A stretch of 64,000 nucleotides of DNA from Candidatus Ozemobacteraceae bacterium (GCA_965140445.1 OZ223236.1:2464001-2528000); one strand, 5' to 3'; counted from the stretch's first letter, positions 9,464 to 20,470 are shown. Numbers and translations are program-made. Notes: generated from the letters alone by a model not told the origin.

Positions 9464-11165
9464 AATTTTCTATTACTTCTAAGCCTTTCTTAAATGGGAG
9501 GTAAACCCACATTGATGTGCAGATTATTAGTAAAATTCCACAAATTACTACGAATATTCCGGAAAAGCCAAAATTAAATGGATAGAACTTGCGAAAATAG
9601 AATCGAAACATTGGATATGCCTGTAAAATTAAAAGGTTAATTACATACATAGCTGAAAGCAGCATATAAATAAAGCCGCCATAAGAACCAGCTATTTTTA
9701 AAGGCGAATCAGATTCAAAACTTGCGTAAACTGTCCCAACACCAATCGCTAAAGCAGTAATTACAATGGTGATTAAAATTACGTTTAAATAACTTAGATA
9801 AAGTAGACCTGAATTTGATACCGCAAAAACGGAATTAGTTACTGTACAAAAGGAAATCCCTAATAAAAGCATTGGGACGAGATATAAGAAATACTTATAA
9901 AAGAGAATCTTTCGCGGTGAAATAGGGGAAGCTTTAACCGCCCAAAAGGCTCGACCTTCCATACTTATTGAGGGAAAAACAAATCGCATGGCAATTGCTG
10001 CGAGTATAAAACCAATGAAGGGGCCATTCAGATAAACCAGTGAATCATTAATTTCCCCGCTATAAAGACTTGGTAAGTCTTTTAGAGGCAAAATAGTCAA
10101 GTTATATCCATAGACAAAAACAATTGCGGTCATCATGAATATCTGGGAGAAAAATGCCGGATCTCTCAGAAAAAAAGTAACCTCTTTTGTTGCCATGACT
10201 CTGAAAGCTGGTGAAGTAAATTTGAATGGAAAAATTATTGCTTTTCTTAGCCATTCAAGCCCTAGAACCTGATTATCCAATGCTTCCATTGAAAGTTGCC
10301 AGCTTCGTCTGTAAAATTTGCTGGCAAGAAAATTAAGCAAAAAGAAAGACAGAATTACAAAAGCAAAAAATGGAGTAAAATCTTTGAAGGCCTGTAAAAC
10401 ATCTGATTTAAACAAAGACAAGGTTGCTTTATGGAACCAGAAAGAAGGTGAGAATTCAAGGAGTGGGCCTTTTAAGCTTAAAATATACTGTGAAACATCT
10501 TTAAAATAGCTTGGATTAATCAACTTCTCAGCTTCCAGGGATCTGAGGAAAAAAATCATAGCGGTCAAAACTATAATAGATAGAAATTGAAACACCTTTT
10601 TCATTTGTCTTATGGGGAAAATTGAACCAAGAAAAAGTGCTGTGAAAGCTCCAAGAATATTTGGCATCAAAATGAATAAAAGCAAAAAAAACGGGAAAAT
10701 AAAATATGCTTCTATTGGGGCTTTCATAGCAGTTGCAAAAGAGTAAAGTGCTGGAATAAAAAATATAAGAACCATCCAACTGCTTTCAATGGTCATCAAC
10801 AAAAATCTGGATCTGAAAATCCTTCCTATTGGTTGAGGAGTAGGCATTAAAACAAGTAACTCTTCATTTAAGAAAAAGGACGAAAAAGCTGATATTATGC
10901 TGGAAAAAAGAACCATAAAAAATAGGGTCATGAATATCATTTCCAGCAATTTGGATACAAGCAGACCACCAATTATTGGCCCAAGGGTTTCTCCCAGCAT
11001 AGGGGCCTGACCTACATATTTGAGAAATCGGAATAATCCGTAATAAACCAGCCCTGATACTAAAACTGAGCCCAAAATCATAAAAAGCAGGATCAAAGGA
11101 TTTCTATTTCGGACTATCCTTTGAAACTTTTTTAGGGAGGGCAGGGCGATTTTAACAAAATTCAT
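9450..11165 (-). CDS. Putative ABC exporter permease
   Basis: Polytopic membrane protein, SMEGRAFWAVKASP motif, overlaps the ATPase gene. Confidence 0.8.
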   Translation of the reverse strand: MNFVKIALPSLKKFQRIVRNRNPLILLFMILGSVLVSGLVYYGLFRFLKYVGQAPMLGETLGPIIGGLLVSKLLEMIFMTLFFMVLFSSIISAFSSFFLNEELLVLMPTPQPIGRIFRSRFLLMTIESSWMVLIFFIPALYSFATAMKAPIEAYFIFPFFLLLFILMPNILGAFTALFLGSIFPIRQMKKVFQFLSIIVLTAMIFFLRSLEAEKLINPSYFKDVSQYILSLKGPLLEFSPSFWFHKATLSLFKSDVLQAFKDFTPFFAFVILSFFLLNFLASKFYRRSWQLSMEALDNQVLGLEWLRKAIIFPFKFTSPAFRVMATKEVTFFLRDPAFFSQIFMMTAIVFVYGYNLTILPLKDLPSLYSGEINDSLVYLNGPFIGFILAAIAMRFVFPSISMEGRAFWAVKASPISPRKILFYKYFLYLVPMLLLGISFCTVTNSVFAVSNSGLLYLSYLNVILITIVITALAIGVGTVYASFESDSPLKIAGSYGGFIYMLLSAMYVINLLILQAYPMFRFYFRKFYPFNFGFSGIFVVICGILLIICTSMWVYLPFKKGLEVIENYEPE

Positions 11166-11168
11166 TTA

Positions 11169-11819
11169 CTACCAAACTCTTTCAACCCAGTCAGGGCCTG
11201 AATTCTCTCTCCTGCAAAAGGTGTAACAATTGTTTCCTTTTTTTTCTAAAACTTTTTGCTGAATTCCTCGCTGAATGCATTCGGATTGGTTGTCGGATAT
11301 AAAGCATGATTGTAGCTTGATAATTTCTTCTTCAGAAAATGGATCGCTGAAAACATCCTGGCCAATTATTGAAGTTTTTGCCTGCCATTTTATACTATCC
11401 ACAAGCTGTTTAATAATGCGTTTATGATCAAATGCCAATTCCGGAAGATCATTCAACGGAAACCATTCGGTTTCAGAGGCATCATCGCCAGCTTTAGCTG
11501 CTATTTGTATGTCCTTAACCAGGCATCCATAAACAATTGTTATGCATCTTCCGCGAGGGTCTCGGCCTGTTTGTCCACATGTGAAAACTGGCTTTAATGG
11601 AAGACTATGCAATGATGTTTCTTCCTCTAGTTCTCTTTGGGCGCCTACTACTGGTTCTTCATCCATCTCCAGGAAACCGCCTGGCAAAGCCCAATGATCG
11701 GCAAATGGCTCGTTCTTTCTTTTAATCAAAAGAATTTGTGGGGTTTGAAGATCAGGAACTCTAATTACCGCAGCATCTAAAGTGGTAGAGGCTCTTGGAT
11801 ATTCGTATGTATAAGTCAT
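11169..11819 (-). CDS. NUDIX hydrolase (ADP-ribose pyrophosphatase/NrtR-like)
   Basis: WALPGGF…AQRELEEETSL Nudix box, RDPRG, LAFDH. Confidence 0.85.
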   Translation of the reverse strand: MTYTYEYPRASTTLDAAVIRVPDLQTPQILLIKRKNEPFADHWALPGGFLEMDEEPVVGAQRELEEETSLHSLPLKPVFTCGQTGRDPRGRCITIVYGCLVKDIQIAAKAGDDASETEWFPLNDLPELAFDHKRIIKQLVDSIKWQAKTSIIGQDVFSDPFSEEEIIKLQSCFISDNQSECIQRGIQQKVLEKKGNNCYTFCRRENSGPDWVERVW

Positions 11820-11822
11820 TTT

Positions 11823-12416
11823 CTAATCCAGGATTGCTCTAAGATATCTTTCTAAACCGCTTTCTTCAACAAAGCCTGAGTAACGCTCACTTTCAAATTC
11901 TAAGGTTGGAACCGTTCTAATTCTTTTGTGCCCCCATAAAAGCTGATTATCTTCAGCTGCTTTTAATGTTGAAGGAGTTTCAAGGGCTGCTGAAAAACCA
12001 GATGAATCAACTCCTTCGGATTGGAGATGTATTCTGAGCGCATTAACCTGCGAGATGTCTGTTCCAGTAAAGAAAACTCCCCGGAAAACGCTGGAAATAT
12101 AATCCACTATTTCAGATCCATTATATACTTCAAGTGCTCTGGCTGCTTGCAAACCAGAAACATACTTCGAAGGCTGAGACATTCTAAGGCCAAGTTTCTT
12201 TGCGTCTTCAATCAGTCTGGCCCATCTTTCTTCGCTCCAGATTTCCCTGAAATGGTATTTAGTATTTCCTAAAGATGAATAACCGATCTCAATTGGAGCA
12301 ACAGTTAGTTCAGAATTCTTAAGAAGTTTCAAAAGTAGGTGCCAAACCATGTATGAGTATGGACATTGGAAGCTGAAGTAAAAAGTCAAATCCGGATTCG
12401 TTTTATCTATTTTCAT
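11823..12416 (-). CDS. DsbA/HCCA-isomerase-like thioredoxin-fold protein
   Basis: YFSFQCPYSY and the C-terminal VPT cis-Pro motif. Confidence 0.7.
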   Translation of the reverse strand: MKIDKTNPDLTFYFSFQCPYSYMVWHLLLKLLKNSELTVAPIEIGYSSLGNTKYHFREIWSEERWARLIEDAKKLGLRMSQPSKYVSGLQAARALEVYNGSEIVDYISSVFRGVFFTGTDISQVNALRIHLQSEGVDSSGFSAALETPSTLKAAEDNQLLWGHKRIRTVPTLEFESERYSGFVEESGLERYLRAILD

Positions 12417-12495
12417 ATGCTCTATTCTTTCCGTTTCTATTAGCCTTCATCAGAGTATAACAGAGGTGTGTTTTTTATTCAAACCAGGACGATTT

Positions 12496-13737
12496 TCAAG
12501 ACTCACCGGTTACCTTGAAAAAATTGAATTCTTTCAATTCGCCAATTTTATGATTTATTCTATCCAGAAGTTGCAATGGCTTGCCAAAGAGAATTTTTGC
12601 GGTGCCGTTCAATAGAATTTCAGAATAAAGACTAAAATCTAATGAGGTTGCACTTCGATATTCGTCGTTGCCAACAATCAGTATTCCCTTATGCATTACC
12701 ATTGAAAAATCTTCGGGTTGGCATTTTAAAAAGGTTTCAAATGCATCCTTGTCAGGAGAAAGGTTAAAAGCAATTAGATTAGCTTCTTTTCCAGGGCTGA
12801 TAGTGCCGGTAACTTTCTCAATTCCAAAAAAATGTGCCGCCCCGGAAGTGTTCATTTTGACAAGATCTTTTGCTTTGATTTTTCCGTTCAAATTGCTAAC
12901 AGAATACTCCAGTGCTTTTCTCATTTCTTGAAGAAGGTTTGTAGAGCCAGTCATTGTGCTGTCAGTGCCAATTGCGAAGGGAATTTCCATTTCCAGAACT
13001 TTAGCCATGTCAGGATGCTTGTTTAAAACTGTTTCAGAAAAGGTGGGGAGCCAAATCAAAGGTGACTTTTTTATTGAGATTAATTTTAGATCATTCTCAG
13101 AAAGAAAATTCCCACCAACTAAAACTGTATTTGATTCAAGCGCTCCGGTTCTATTAAGAATTTCAAGCTCTTCTTTTTGTTCTGAGCTATTTCCCTGTGC
13201 AATATGAATGATAAATGGAAGAACACCTCTGGCCTGTCTAAATTCATCGACGGTGTTTCTTCCCCAATTGTGTTTTTGGTTTGAAACCGAGTGGGAAAGA
13301 TAATAGTGCTGAAGAATGGAAGTTAAAGAGTGATTAGCAAATGTGTTAGAAATTTCTGGTGGGAAGTGGTCGACCACTGTTGTTACGCCTGAAAGAATGT
13401 TTTTATACATGCCGAGCGTGTACAAATCTGTTACAGAAAGCTTTTGCATGTCTTTCCAGTCTTTGCTCTGGCGCGCTTTACTTTCCCATTCATACCAGTT
13501 GTCTGAAGGCTCATTATTTACGGTAGTCCAGCAAGTTTCTACCAGGTGATCGTGAGGATTTATTAGCCCGGGAAAAACAGTCTGCCCATGCAGGTCCATG
13601 CAAGCTTCCACATTTTTTCTGGGCTCTTCATCTGGTTGGAGAATATCATAAATGATGTCGTCTTGAATTAGTATTTGCCCATCAACCAATTCCATGGCTT
13701 CATTGAGAATTCGAGCATTTTTTAATAGTTTAAACAT
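12496..13737 (-). CDS. Amidohydrolase family protein
   Basis: PGLINPHDH, GVTTVVDH, IGTDS, GTISPGKEANL. Confidence 0.8.
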   Translation of the reverse strand: MFKLLKNARILNEAMELVDGQILIQDDIIYDILQPDEEPRKNVEACMDLHGQTVFPGLINPHDHLVETCWTTVNNEPSDNWYEWESKARQSKDWKDMQKLSVTDLYTLGMYKNILSGVTTVVDHFPPEISNTFANHSLTSILQHYYLSHSVSNQKHNWGRNTVDEFRQARGVLPFIIHIAQGNSSEQKEELEILNRTGALESNTVLVGGNFLSENDLKLISIKKSPLIWLPTFSETVLNKHPDMAKVLEMEIPFAIGTDSTMTGSTNLLQEMRKALEYSVSNLNGKIKAKDLVKMNTSGAAHFFGIEKVTGTISPGKEANLIAFNLSPDKDAFETFLKCQPEDFSMVMHKGILIVGNDEYRSATSLDFSLYSEILLNGTAKILFGKPLQLLDRINHKIGELKEFNFFKVTGES

Positions 13738-13748
13738 TTTTCAGGAGT

Positions 13749-14360
13749 TTACAGCTTTCCAAAATTAGGTGTTTCTGATTTAACCTGTTCGAGAAATTGC
13801 TCCCATGAGCATTCTGCTAAAGCTAGAGTTACGAAGTTTTTTCCTATTTCTTCAAGATACTGCATAAAAGTGATTCTTTCCAGATCAGGGCTAAGGGTTT
13901 TTACCCGGTCAAAGCTTTTGTAAAAATCAGCTTTGTTGGTAAGTTTTAGTGCTGCAGCTGTATGCCCGAAAAAAGACTCAAGGTCAAAGTTCTTTTCCTG
14001 CTTAACGGGAAGGATTTGTGAGCCCAGAAGAGTTCCTACCATTTCTCCCCTTAATTCAAGCGGAACGGCAAAAATCAGGAATCCTGCATAGCAAACATTT
14101 ACAAAAGGTTTTTTTCTCCTGAAAAGGCGATCTTCTATTGTTTTGTAGGTTTTTCTACAGCGTTCCCTTCCTCGCTCTGTGCCTCTGATTATACTGCAAG
14201 GTCCCTGAAAATAATTAGTTTTACAAACGACTTCCCCTGTGTTTGACCTCAGCGAGAGTGCTACTCCAAGATAGTTTTCAAGTTTTCGCAATAATTCAGG
14301 AACATGTCCGGAATTAAAAAGAACCTGCTTGTTAACATTAGGAATTTCAACTGGAGTCAT
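13749..14360 (-). CDS. Stand-alone PocR ligand-binding domain protein
   Basis: C-x2-IR-x7-RC … CYAG…FAVPL…GTLLGSQ pattern, with no output domain. Confidence 0.75.
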   Translation of the reverse strand: MTPVEIPNVNKQVLFNSGHVPELLRKLENYLGVALSLRSNTGEVVCKTNYFQGPCSIIRGTERGRERCRKTYKTIEDRLFRRKKPFVNVCYAGFLIFAVPLELRGEMVGTLLGSQILPVKQEKNFDLESFFGHTAAALKLTNKADFYKSFDRVKTLSPDLERITFMQYLEEIGKNFVTLALAECSWEQFLEQVKSETPNFGKL

Positions 14361-14414
14361 TTTGTTCTCCTTTTATTGATCCACATCTAAAATAAATAAT
14401 AGAGCAAAACACTT

Positions 14415-14451
14415 AAAAAAAAAAGGCCACAGAAAAAATCTGTGACCTTTT
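14415..14451 (-). terminator. Intrinsic terminator after buk-ptb
   Basis: AAAAGGCCACAGA…TCTGTGACCTTTT hairpin with a long A-run (U-tract on minus). Confidence 0.75.
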
Positions 14452-14465
14452 CTTGATAACATGCT

Positions 14466-15407
14466 TCAGCTATTTTGCTGGTTGGTTTTTTCGTTTAAGT
14501 TGCTTTCCTGGGCTCTTTGCCACAAAACAACGCCGAGAAGCAAAGAATTGAATTTTGTATTGTTGTCATCTGCTCTTGATGTTAATACCACAGGACATTT
14601 TGCCCCATACACGAGGCCTCCCATAGGAGCTTTTATGAAATATTGCAGTGATTTATAAAGAGCATTTCCCACTTCAATTCTTGGAACAACAAATATGTCT
14701 GCATCGCCTTTGATTTTTCCTGCATACTTTTTAACTTCAGCTGATTCAGCACTTACAGAGAGATCAAATGAAATCGGACCTTCAACAATCAGGTTTGAAT
14801 TTCCTTTAAATCTTTCTGAAACTTCTTTTGCTAAGGTTGTAGAAGGAACTTTTTCTGAAACTTTTTCATTGGCGGCAAGGAGTGATACTTTTATCGGTCT
14901 TTGCTCAAAAAGAGAAAAGGCTTCACATGCGTTGTAAATTTCTTTTTCAAGCGCATCAGCATCGGGCGAAATTGTCATTGCTGCATCAGTTAGAATTCTT
15001 AGGCCAGGTTTCCCGGGAAGCTCGAAGAAAGCAAGATGAGACATCAATGGATTCTTTTTTAGCCCTTCGGTTGAGCTTAGAACTGCTTTTAATAGAGTGG
15101 AAGTTGAAACCAGACCTTTCATCAAAATGTCTGACTCATTATTTCTTACAAGCGAAACCGCTTTTTTACATGCGCCTGCTTCTGTGCTTTCTTCGATAAT
15201 GGTTACGGAATCATTATCTAAAATCTCAGAATACATTTCACTTATCTGTTTTTTATCACCAATTAGCAAAGCCTCTATTATTCCCATTTTTACACCCTGG
15301 CACACGGCATATGCACAAGCATCGTCCTGAGCTAGGGGTATTGCAACTCTGCATTTCTTCTGTGTATCAAGGGTTTCAACTAATTTGCTAAAGAAATTTT
15401 CTTTCAT
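14466..15407 (-). CDS. ptb: Phosphate butyryltransferase / phosphate acyltransferase
   Basis: DILMKGLVST, TDAA, EGPISFD, GN.LYK, PVVLTSRAD; adjacent to buk. Confidence 0.85.
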   Translation of the reverse strand: MKENFFSKLVETLDTQKKCRVAIPLAQDDACAYAVCQGVKMGIIEALLIGDKKQISEMYSEILDNDSVTIIEESTEAGACKKAVSLVRNNESDILMKGLVSTSTLLKAVLSSTEGLKKNPLMSHLAFFELPGKPGLRILTDAAMTISPDADALEKEIYNACEAFSLFEQRPIKVSLLAANEKVSEKVPSTTLAKEVSERFKGNSNLIVEGPISFDLSVSAESAEVKKYAGKIKGDADIFVVPRIEVGNALYKSLQYFIKAPMGGLVYGAKCPVVLTSRADDNNTKFNSLLLGVVLWQRAQESNLNEKTNQQNS

Positions 15408-15425
15408 TTTTTTCTCCCGATGGAA

Positions 15426-16502
15426 CTAGGGCTGGTAAATTTTTGCCTGAGTTTCATTTCTTAAAACACGTAACCCGCCCATTGCGAGTGCAGCTAGTTC
15501 ATCCTCACCTGGCACTACTACAACATTAGCAAAGTTTTGAACATATTCTTTTACCTTTTCTACAAGTGGAGGGCACTTTGCTCCGCCTCCTGTAATAACT
15601 ATTCTGGTGACGTTTCCTTTTAAAACAGCCACATACGCTCCAATTTCTTTTGCGATTTGATAGGCCATTGCTTCAAATACGGCTGTAAATTCTTTGTCTC
15701 CTGCCAGAACTTTGGTTTCCACTTCCATTAAACTGCTGGTTCCAAGATAGTTTACTAAACCGCCACGGCCAACCAACAATTTTTTTATCTCTGCATGAGT
15801 ATATTTGCCTGAAAAACAAAGCTCAGCCAATTCCAGTGTGGGAAGCGCGCCCGCTCGTTCTGGGGTGAAAGGCCCTGCTGCAAGTCCATTGCTCACATCT
15901 ATACATTCGCCATTTTCTATTGCAGCAACAGAAATGCCACCACCCAGATGAGCAACTACAAAATTGGAGTTGTTGATATCCAAATTTTCGTTTTTAGCAA
16001 CCATTCTGGTTACAGCCATAATATTGAGAGCGTGCCAGATGCTTTTGCGTGGAATTTCTTTTATTCCGGTATATCTTGCCACATCTCTTAATCCATCTAC
16101 TACTGGTGGATCTACGATAAATGCAGGAATTGAATAGTCTTTATAAAAGCTATTTGCCAGTAGAGCTCCCATGTTTGACGCATGATCGCCATATTTGCTG
16201 GTTTTTAAATCATTAACAATGTCTTCAGTAACTGCATATGCACCGCTTGGAATGGCTTTTAAAAGTCCTCCGCGTCCAACAACTGCAGAAAGTTCTTCGG
16301 GTTTAATGTTGACTTCTTTAAGAAAGTCATCCATTACTTTTCTTCTAAGATCAGTCTGATCAATTATTGTGGGGTATTTTGCAATATCTTCTGCTGAATG
16401 CTCTACCTTTTTCTCTGCAACTAGAGTTTCATTTTCAAATAAACCTAGTTTGGTAGAAGTTGAACCTGGATTGACGACTAGAATTCTATAGGTTTCAGAC
16501 AT
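15426..16502 (-). CDS. buk: Butyrate kinase
   Basis: ILVVNPGSTSTK, GRGG, HASNMG, HALN, HLGGGIS, PERAG, PGEDE. Confidence 0.95.
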   Translation of the reverse strand: MSETYRILVVNPGSTSTKLGLFENETLVAEKKVEHSAEDIAKYPTIIDQTDLRRKVMDDFLKEVNIKPEELSAVVGRGGLLKAIPSGAYAVTEDIVNDLKTSKYGDHASNMGALLANSFYKDYSIPAFIVDPPVVDGLRDVARYTGIKEIPRKSIWHALNIMAVTRMVAKNENLDINNSNFVVAHLGGGISVAAIENGECIDVSNGLAAGPFTPERAGALPTLELAELCFSGKYTHAEIKKLLVGRGGLVNYLGTSSLMEVETKVLAGDKEFTAVFEAMAYQIAKEIGAYVAVLKGNVTRIVITGGGAKCPPLVEKVKEYVQNFANVVVVPGEDELAALAMGGLRVLRNETQAKIYQP

Positions 16503-16547
16503 TGTCTAAGTTCCTTCCTTTAAGTATTTCTCTTATATTTTTGGAAA

Positions 16548-16576
16548 ATCTTATCATTCGACAAACTTAGTGTCAA
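16548..16576 (-). promoter_or_regulatory. sigma70-type promoter for buk-ptb
   Basis: TTGACA-17 nt-TAAGAT with extended -10 TG. Confidence 0.7.
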
Positions 16577-16600
16577 TTTATGTACACTTAGCTCTTTGTT

Positions 16601-17242
16601 TTAGCTGAAAAAAGGATTCTCTGATTTCTCACTGTTAATAGATGTTTCTGGTCCATGACCTGGAAAAACCAGTCTGTCAGAAAGTGCTAAGAGATTATCT
16701 TCTATGGAGCGAATCAATAAACGTCCATCTCCTCCGGGAAAATCTGACCTGCCTATCGAGCCATTAAAAAGAGTGTCACCAGAAAAAATAGCTTCTTCGA
16801 AAACCAAAGCCAACCCACCTGGAGTATGCCCTGGAATCGCGACGAATTCACCTTTAGCATTGCCGACGCTAATTTTATCACCACTTTTAACTATTTTTTC
16901 AGGGCCAGCAACACTGATCTCGTCGCCTAGAAAAGCTGACAAATTAAGAGTTGGGTCTGACAGCATTATTTTATCTTCATTGGATATTGATACAGGGCAA
17001 TTAAGAGCATCTCTTAGAAAATCTACCCCGGCAATATGATCAACATGCCCATGAGTGAGAAAAATTTCTATGCTATCTAGCTCAAGTTCTTTAATCCTTG
17101 CCAACAGGGTCGGAGATTCATAGGCAGGATCTATTACCAATCCCGCTTTACCTTCCTTCCCATAGATAAGGTAAGTGTTAACTTCCATGGGTCCGAGAAC
17201 AATACGTTCACAAACGAGTTCTTTAAATTCAAATTTTTTCAT
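16601..17242 (-). CDS. MBL-fold metallo-hydrolase (glyoxalase II-like)
   Basis: THGHVDH, PGHTPG, SGDTLF, PGHG. Confidence 0.9.
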   Translation of the reverse strand: MKKFEFKELVCERIVLGPMEVNTYLIYGKEGKAGLVIDPAYESPTLLARIKELELDSIEIFLTHGHVDHIAGVDFLRDALNCPVSISNEDKIMLSDPTLNLSAFLGDEISVAGPEKIVKSGDKISVGNAKGEFVAIPGHTPGGLALVFEEAIFSGDTLFNGSIGRSDFPGGDGRLLIRSIEDNLLALSDRLVFPGHGPETSINSEKSENPFFS

Positions 17243-17802
17243 GATATCAGGTCGTTGTCCTTTGCAACTTTTATAACTCCTATGTATGGAAGGTTTCGCA
17301 TAAAACCTTTGTTGTCCAAACCATAGCCAACTACAAAATCATCTGAAATGGTAAAGCCGCAATAATCAATTTTTACACGCTGTTGCTGATTTTCAGGTTT
17401 ATTGCATAAAACACAGATTTTCAAAGACTTGGGATTTCTTTCGCTAAGCATTTTAGCTATATATGAAAGTGTGAGTCCCGAATCAATTATATCTTCGACG
17501 ATTAAAACGTTTTTGCCTTCAATGCTTTCAGTCAAATCTTTTTCAATTTTGACAACTCCGGAGCTTGTAGTTAAATGTCCGTAGCTGCTAACTGCCATAA
17601 AATCGACTTCTTGTTCAAGTTTAATGGCCCGGCATAAGTCACTCATAAATAGGAATGCACCTTTTAGAATGCAAACAACAAAAAGTTCTTCTCCTGAGTA
17701 GTCTTCACTAATTTGAGCTCCCAACTCTGAAATCCTTTTTTGAATTTCTTCCGTTGAAATGAGAACTTTCTCTATTTTAGGGTGATTTACTTTGTTAGAC
17801 AT
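17239..17802 (-). CDS. hpt: Hypoxanthine phosphoribosyltransferase
   Basis: [32 protein letters not shown]. Start taken at MSNK. Confidence 0.95.
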   Translation of the reverse strand: MSNKVNHPKIEKVLISTEEIQKRISELGAQISEDYSGEELFVVCILKGAFLFMSDLCRAIKLEQEVDFMAVSSYGHLTTSSGVVKIEKDLTESIEGKNVLIVEDIIDSGLTLSYIAKMLSERNPKSLKICVLCNKPENQQQRVKIDYCGFTISDDFVVGYGLDNKGFMRNLPYIGVIKVAKDNDLIS

Positions 17803-18724
17803 TTTTCTTTGCCCACTCAATTGTTTTGGTAATTCCAGTAGTTAGATCAACTATGGGTTCCCATTTAAGAAGGTTTCTGGCTCTAGTGATGTCGGGGCGG
17901 CGTCTTTTGGGATCATCCATTGGGAGTTCACCATAAGTAATTTTGCTTTTTGAACCAGAAATTTGAAGGATTTTTTCTGCAAACTCTTTAATGGTAATTT
18001 CTGACGGATTACCAAGATTAATTGGGTTTTTGTCAGCCTGATTCATAACCCCGATTATTCCTCTAACCAAATCTGAAACATAACAGAAGCTTCTTGTTTG
18101 AGAGCCGTCGCCAAAAACTGTTAAATCTTTGTCCTGCAGAAGTTGCGAGATAAATGCAGGTACAACTCGACCATCATTAAGGCGCATTCTTGGCCCATAA
18201 GTATTAAAGATTCGAATAATTCTCGTGTCGACGTTGTGATAGTCTCTGTATGCAACAACAATCGCTTCTGCAAAACGCTTGGACTCATCGTAACATCCTC
18301 GTGGTCCAACTGGATTTACATGTCCCCAGTAATCTTCTGTTTGAGGATGAACTTCTGGATCACCATAAACTTCTGAAGTTGAGGCCAAAAGAATACTTGC
18401 ACCATGCTGCTTAGCCATTCCAAGAATATTGTGGGTTCCAAGGGCACCTACTTTCAAAGTCTGGATAGGTAGCTTCTGGTAATCAATTGGGCTGGCGGGC
18501 GAAGCTAGATGAAAAATCTGATCTATTTTTTCAGCCAGGTAAATTGGCTTAGTAATATCATGTTCAATCACAGTTAAGTTTTCAGTATTTTGAATGTGCT
18601 CAAGATTTTTTGGGCTGCCTGTAATAAAATTATCAATGACTACAACCTTGTGTCCCTGTTCTATCAGGCTCTCTGTTAAATGTGATCCAATGAAGCCGGC
18701 TCCGCCAGTAACTACTATGCGCAT
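17795..18724 (-). CDS. UDP-glucuronic acid decarboxylase family (SDR)
   Basis: [52 protein letters not shown]. Confidence 0.92.
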   Translation of the reverse strand: MRIVVTGGAGFIGSHLTESLIEQGHKVVVIDNFITGSPKNLEHIQNTENLTVIEHDITKPIYLAEKIDQIFHLASPASPIDYQKLPIQTLKVGALGTHNILGMAKQHGASILLASTSEVYGDPEVHPQTEDYWGHVNPVGPRGCYDESKRFAEAIVVAYRDYHNVDTRIIRIFNTYGPRMRLNDGRVVPAFISQLLQDKDLTVFGDGSQTRSFCYVSDLVRGIIGVMNQADKNPINLGNPSEITIKEFAEKILQISGSKSKITYGELPMDDPKRRRPDITRARNLLKWEPIVDLTTGITKTIEWAKKNV

Positions 18725-18852
18725 ATATTCCTCCGGGAAAATTATTAAAATTCAGTTAAACATCAGAAATATACAAGGTCAAGAATAAATTGGGAACTAA
18801 TTACTTTTTTTGAAGTCTATAGTCTGTGAAAACAATTTTTTGGAGGCAAAAA

Positions 18853-20352
18853 ATGAAATTTAAACCTAGCACCCTGGGAATCTTACTGGTTCTTTTATCC
18901 ATGTTAATTGCTAACTCTGCTTTTGCAGAACCCTCTGCCCCTTCTTCTCGGGAAGGACTTAACGCGGCATTTGCGCTACAACGGGCCTTTATTGATGTGG
19001 CGAAGACTTTAAAGCCTTCTGTTGTTAATATTCGTGTCGAAAAAAGCACAGAAGCCGAATCCTCAATAAAATGGTTCAACCCGGATGATGATTCTGAGGG
19101 AGACCTGGGAGAATTATTCAAGCGATTTTTTCCTGGTATTCCTAGAAACAGATTTAAGACACCAAAGTCATTTAAAACTCAAGCTGCAGGCTCTGGAGTT
19201 ATAATTTCTGAGGACGGAATTATACTTACAAACAATCACGTCGTTAAAGGCGCTTCAAAAATTCAGGTGAAGTTTTCTAACGACAAGGAAGTTCAAGCTG
19301 AAATTGTTGGGCAGGACCCACAAACAGATTTGGCCATAATTAAAGTTAAAGTGGATAGAAAGCTACCGGCAGCAAAATTTGCTGATTCGGACAAAGTTGA
19401 AGTTGGACAATGGTGTATTGCTGTTGGAAATCCAATGGGACTTGAGCAAACAGTTACAGTTGGTGTGGTGAGCGCTGTTGGACGCTCTGGCATTGGCGCT
19501 ACTGCTATAGAAGATTTTATTCAAACAGATGCCAGTATTAACCCTGGAAATTCAGGCGGTCCGCTTGTTAATTTGAACGGGGAAGTTATAGGCATTAACA
19601 CTCTGATTTTCAATGCTCCAGGATCAGGTATTGGTTTTGCAATTCCTTCCTCAATGGCTTCAAGAATCTCTGATCAGATAAGAAGAAACGGAAAAGTTGA
19701 AAGAGCATATGTTGGAATTACAATGCAGCCACTTACAGAAGAACTTGCAGATCATTTTGGTATCGAAAGTAAAGATGGGGCTGTTGTAATTGGTCTTGTT
19801 GAAAATGGGCCAGCACAAAAAGCAGGCTTAAAAGCCATGGACATTATTCAATCTATTGATGGTAAAAAAATGAAAGATACAAATGATGTTCAAAAATATG
19901 TTTTGAGCCAGGAAATTGGAAAAACTCTTTCATTCAGTATTTTGCGAAATGGGAAATCTGACCTGATAAAAGTAAAATTAGAGCAAATGCCTACTAGTTA
20001 CGGTCTGGCAGAAGCTGACAAAATTCCAGAGAAACCTTCTAGTATTGGAAAAGGGGTATTCGAAAAAACTGGATTCAGGGTAAAGCAGATTGATTCTGAA
20101 ATTGCTAGAAGCTTGGGCCTTGATAAAAATAAGACCGGACTGGTTGTTGTTGAAGTAGAACCAGATAGTGCAGCAGAAGAGGGTGGTTTGCTTAACGGAG
20201 ATATTATTTCTCAAGTAAACGGTAAGGAAATTTCCTCTGAAAAAGATTTAGTTATTGCTATGCGAAGCGGAACAAGCAAGAAAAGCTCCGTTTTTGTTGT
20301 TGAAAGAGATGGTTCCCCTATGTTTTTGGTTGTGCCACACCATAAAAAATAA
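18853..20352 (+). CDS. degP: DegP/HtrA (Do family) serine protease with two PDZ domains
   Basis: Start MKFKP (GGAGG RBS); TNNHV, DLA, INPGNSGGPL; two PDZ domains. Confidence 0.92.
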   Translation: MKFKPSTLGILLVLLSMLIANSAFAEPSAPSSREGLNAAFALQRAFIDVAKTLKPSVVNIRVEKSTEAESSIKWFNPDDDSEGDLGELFKRFFPGIPRNRFKTPKSFKTQAAGSGVIISEDGIILTNNHVVKGASKIQVKFSNDKEVQAEIVGQDPQTDLAIIKVKVDRKLPAAKFADSDKVEVGQWCIAVGNPMGLEQTVTVGVVSAVGRSGIGATAIEDFIQTDASINPGNSGGPLVNLNGEVIGINTLIFNAPGSGIGFAIPSSMASRISDQIRRNGKVERAYVGITMQPLTEELADHFGIESKDGAVVIGLVENGPAQKAGLKAMDIIQSIDGKKMKDTNDVQKYVLSQEIGKTLSFSILRNGKSDLIKVKLEQMPTSYGLAEADKIPEKPSSIGKGVFEKTGFRVKQIDSEIARSLGLDKNKTGLVVVEVEPDSAAEEGGLLNGDIISQVNGKEISSEKDLVIAMRSGTSKKSSVFVVERDGSPMFLVVPHHKK

Positions 20353-20363
20353 ATTATATTCTC

Positions 20364-20397
20364 AAACGGCAGTGTCTTATGGCACTGCCGTTTTTTT
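20364..20397 (+). terminator. Intrinsic terminator after degP
   Basis: AAACGGCAGTGTC-TTAT-GGCACTGCCGTTTTTTT. Confidence 0.85.
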
Positions 20398-20470
20398 ATT
20401 TAAAAGAGATTCAGAAAAAGCATTGCAGTGTCCGATAGTATCGAATGACACAAAAAAATGGAGTTAATGC

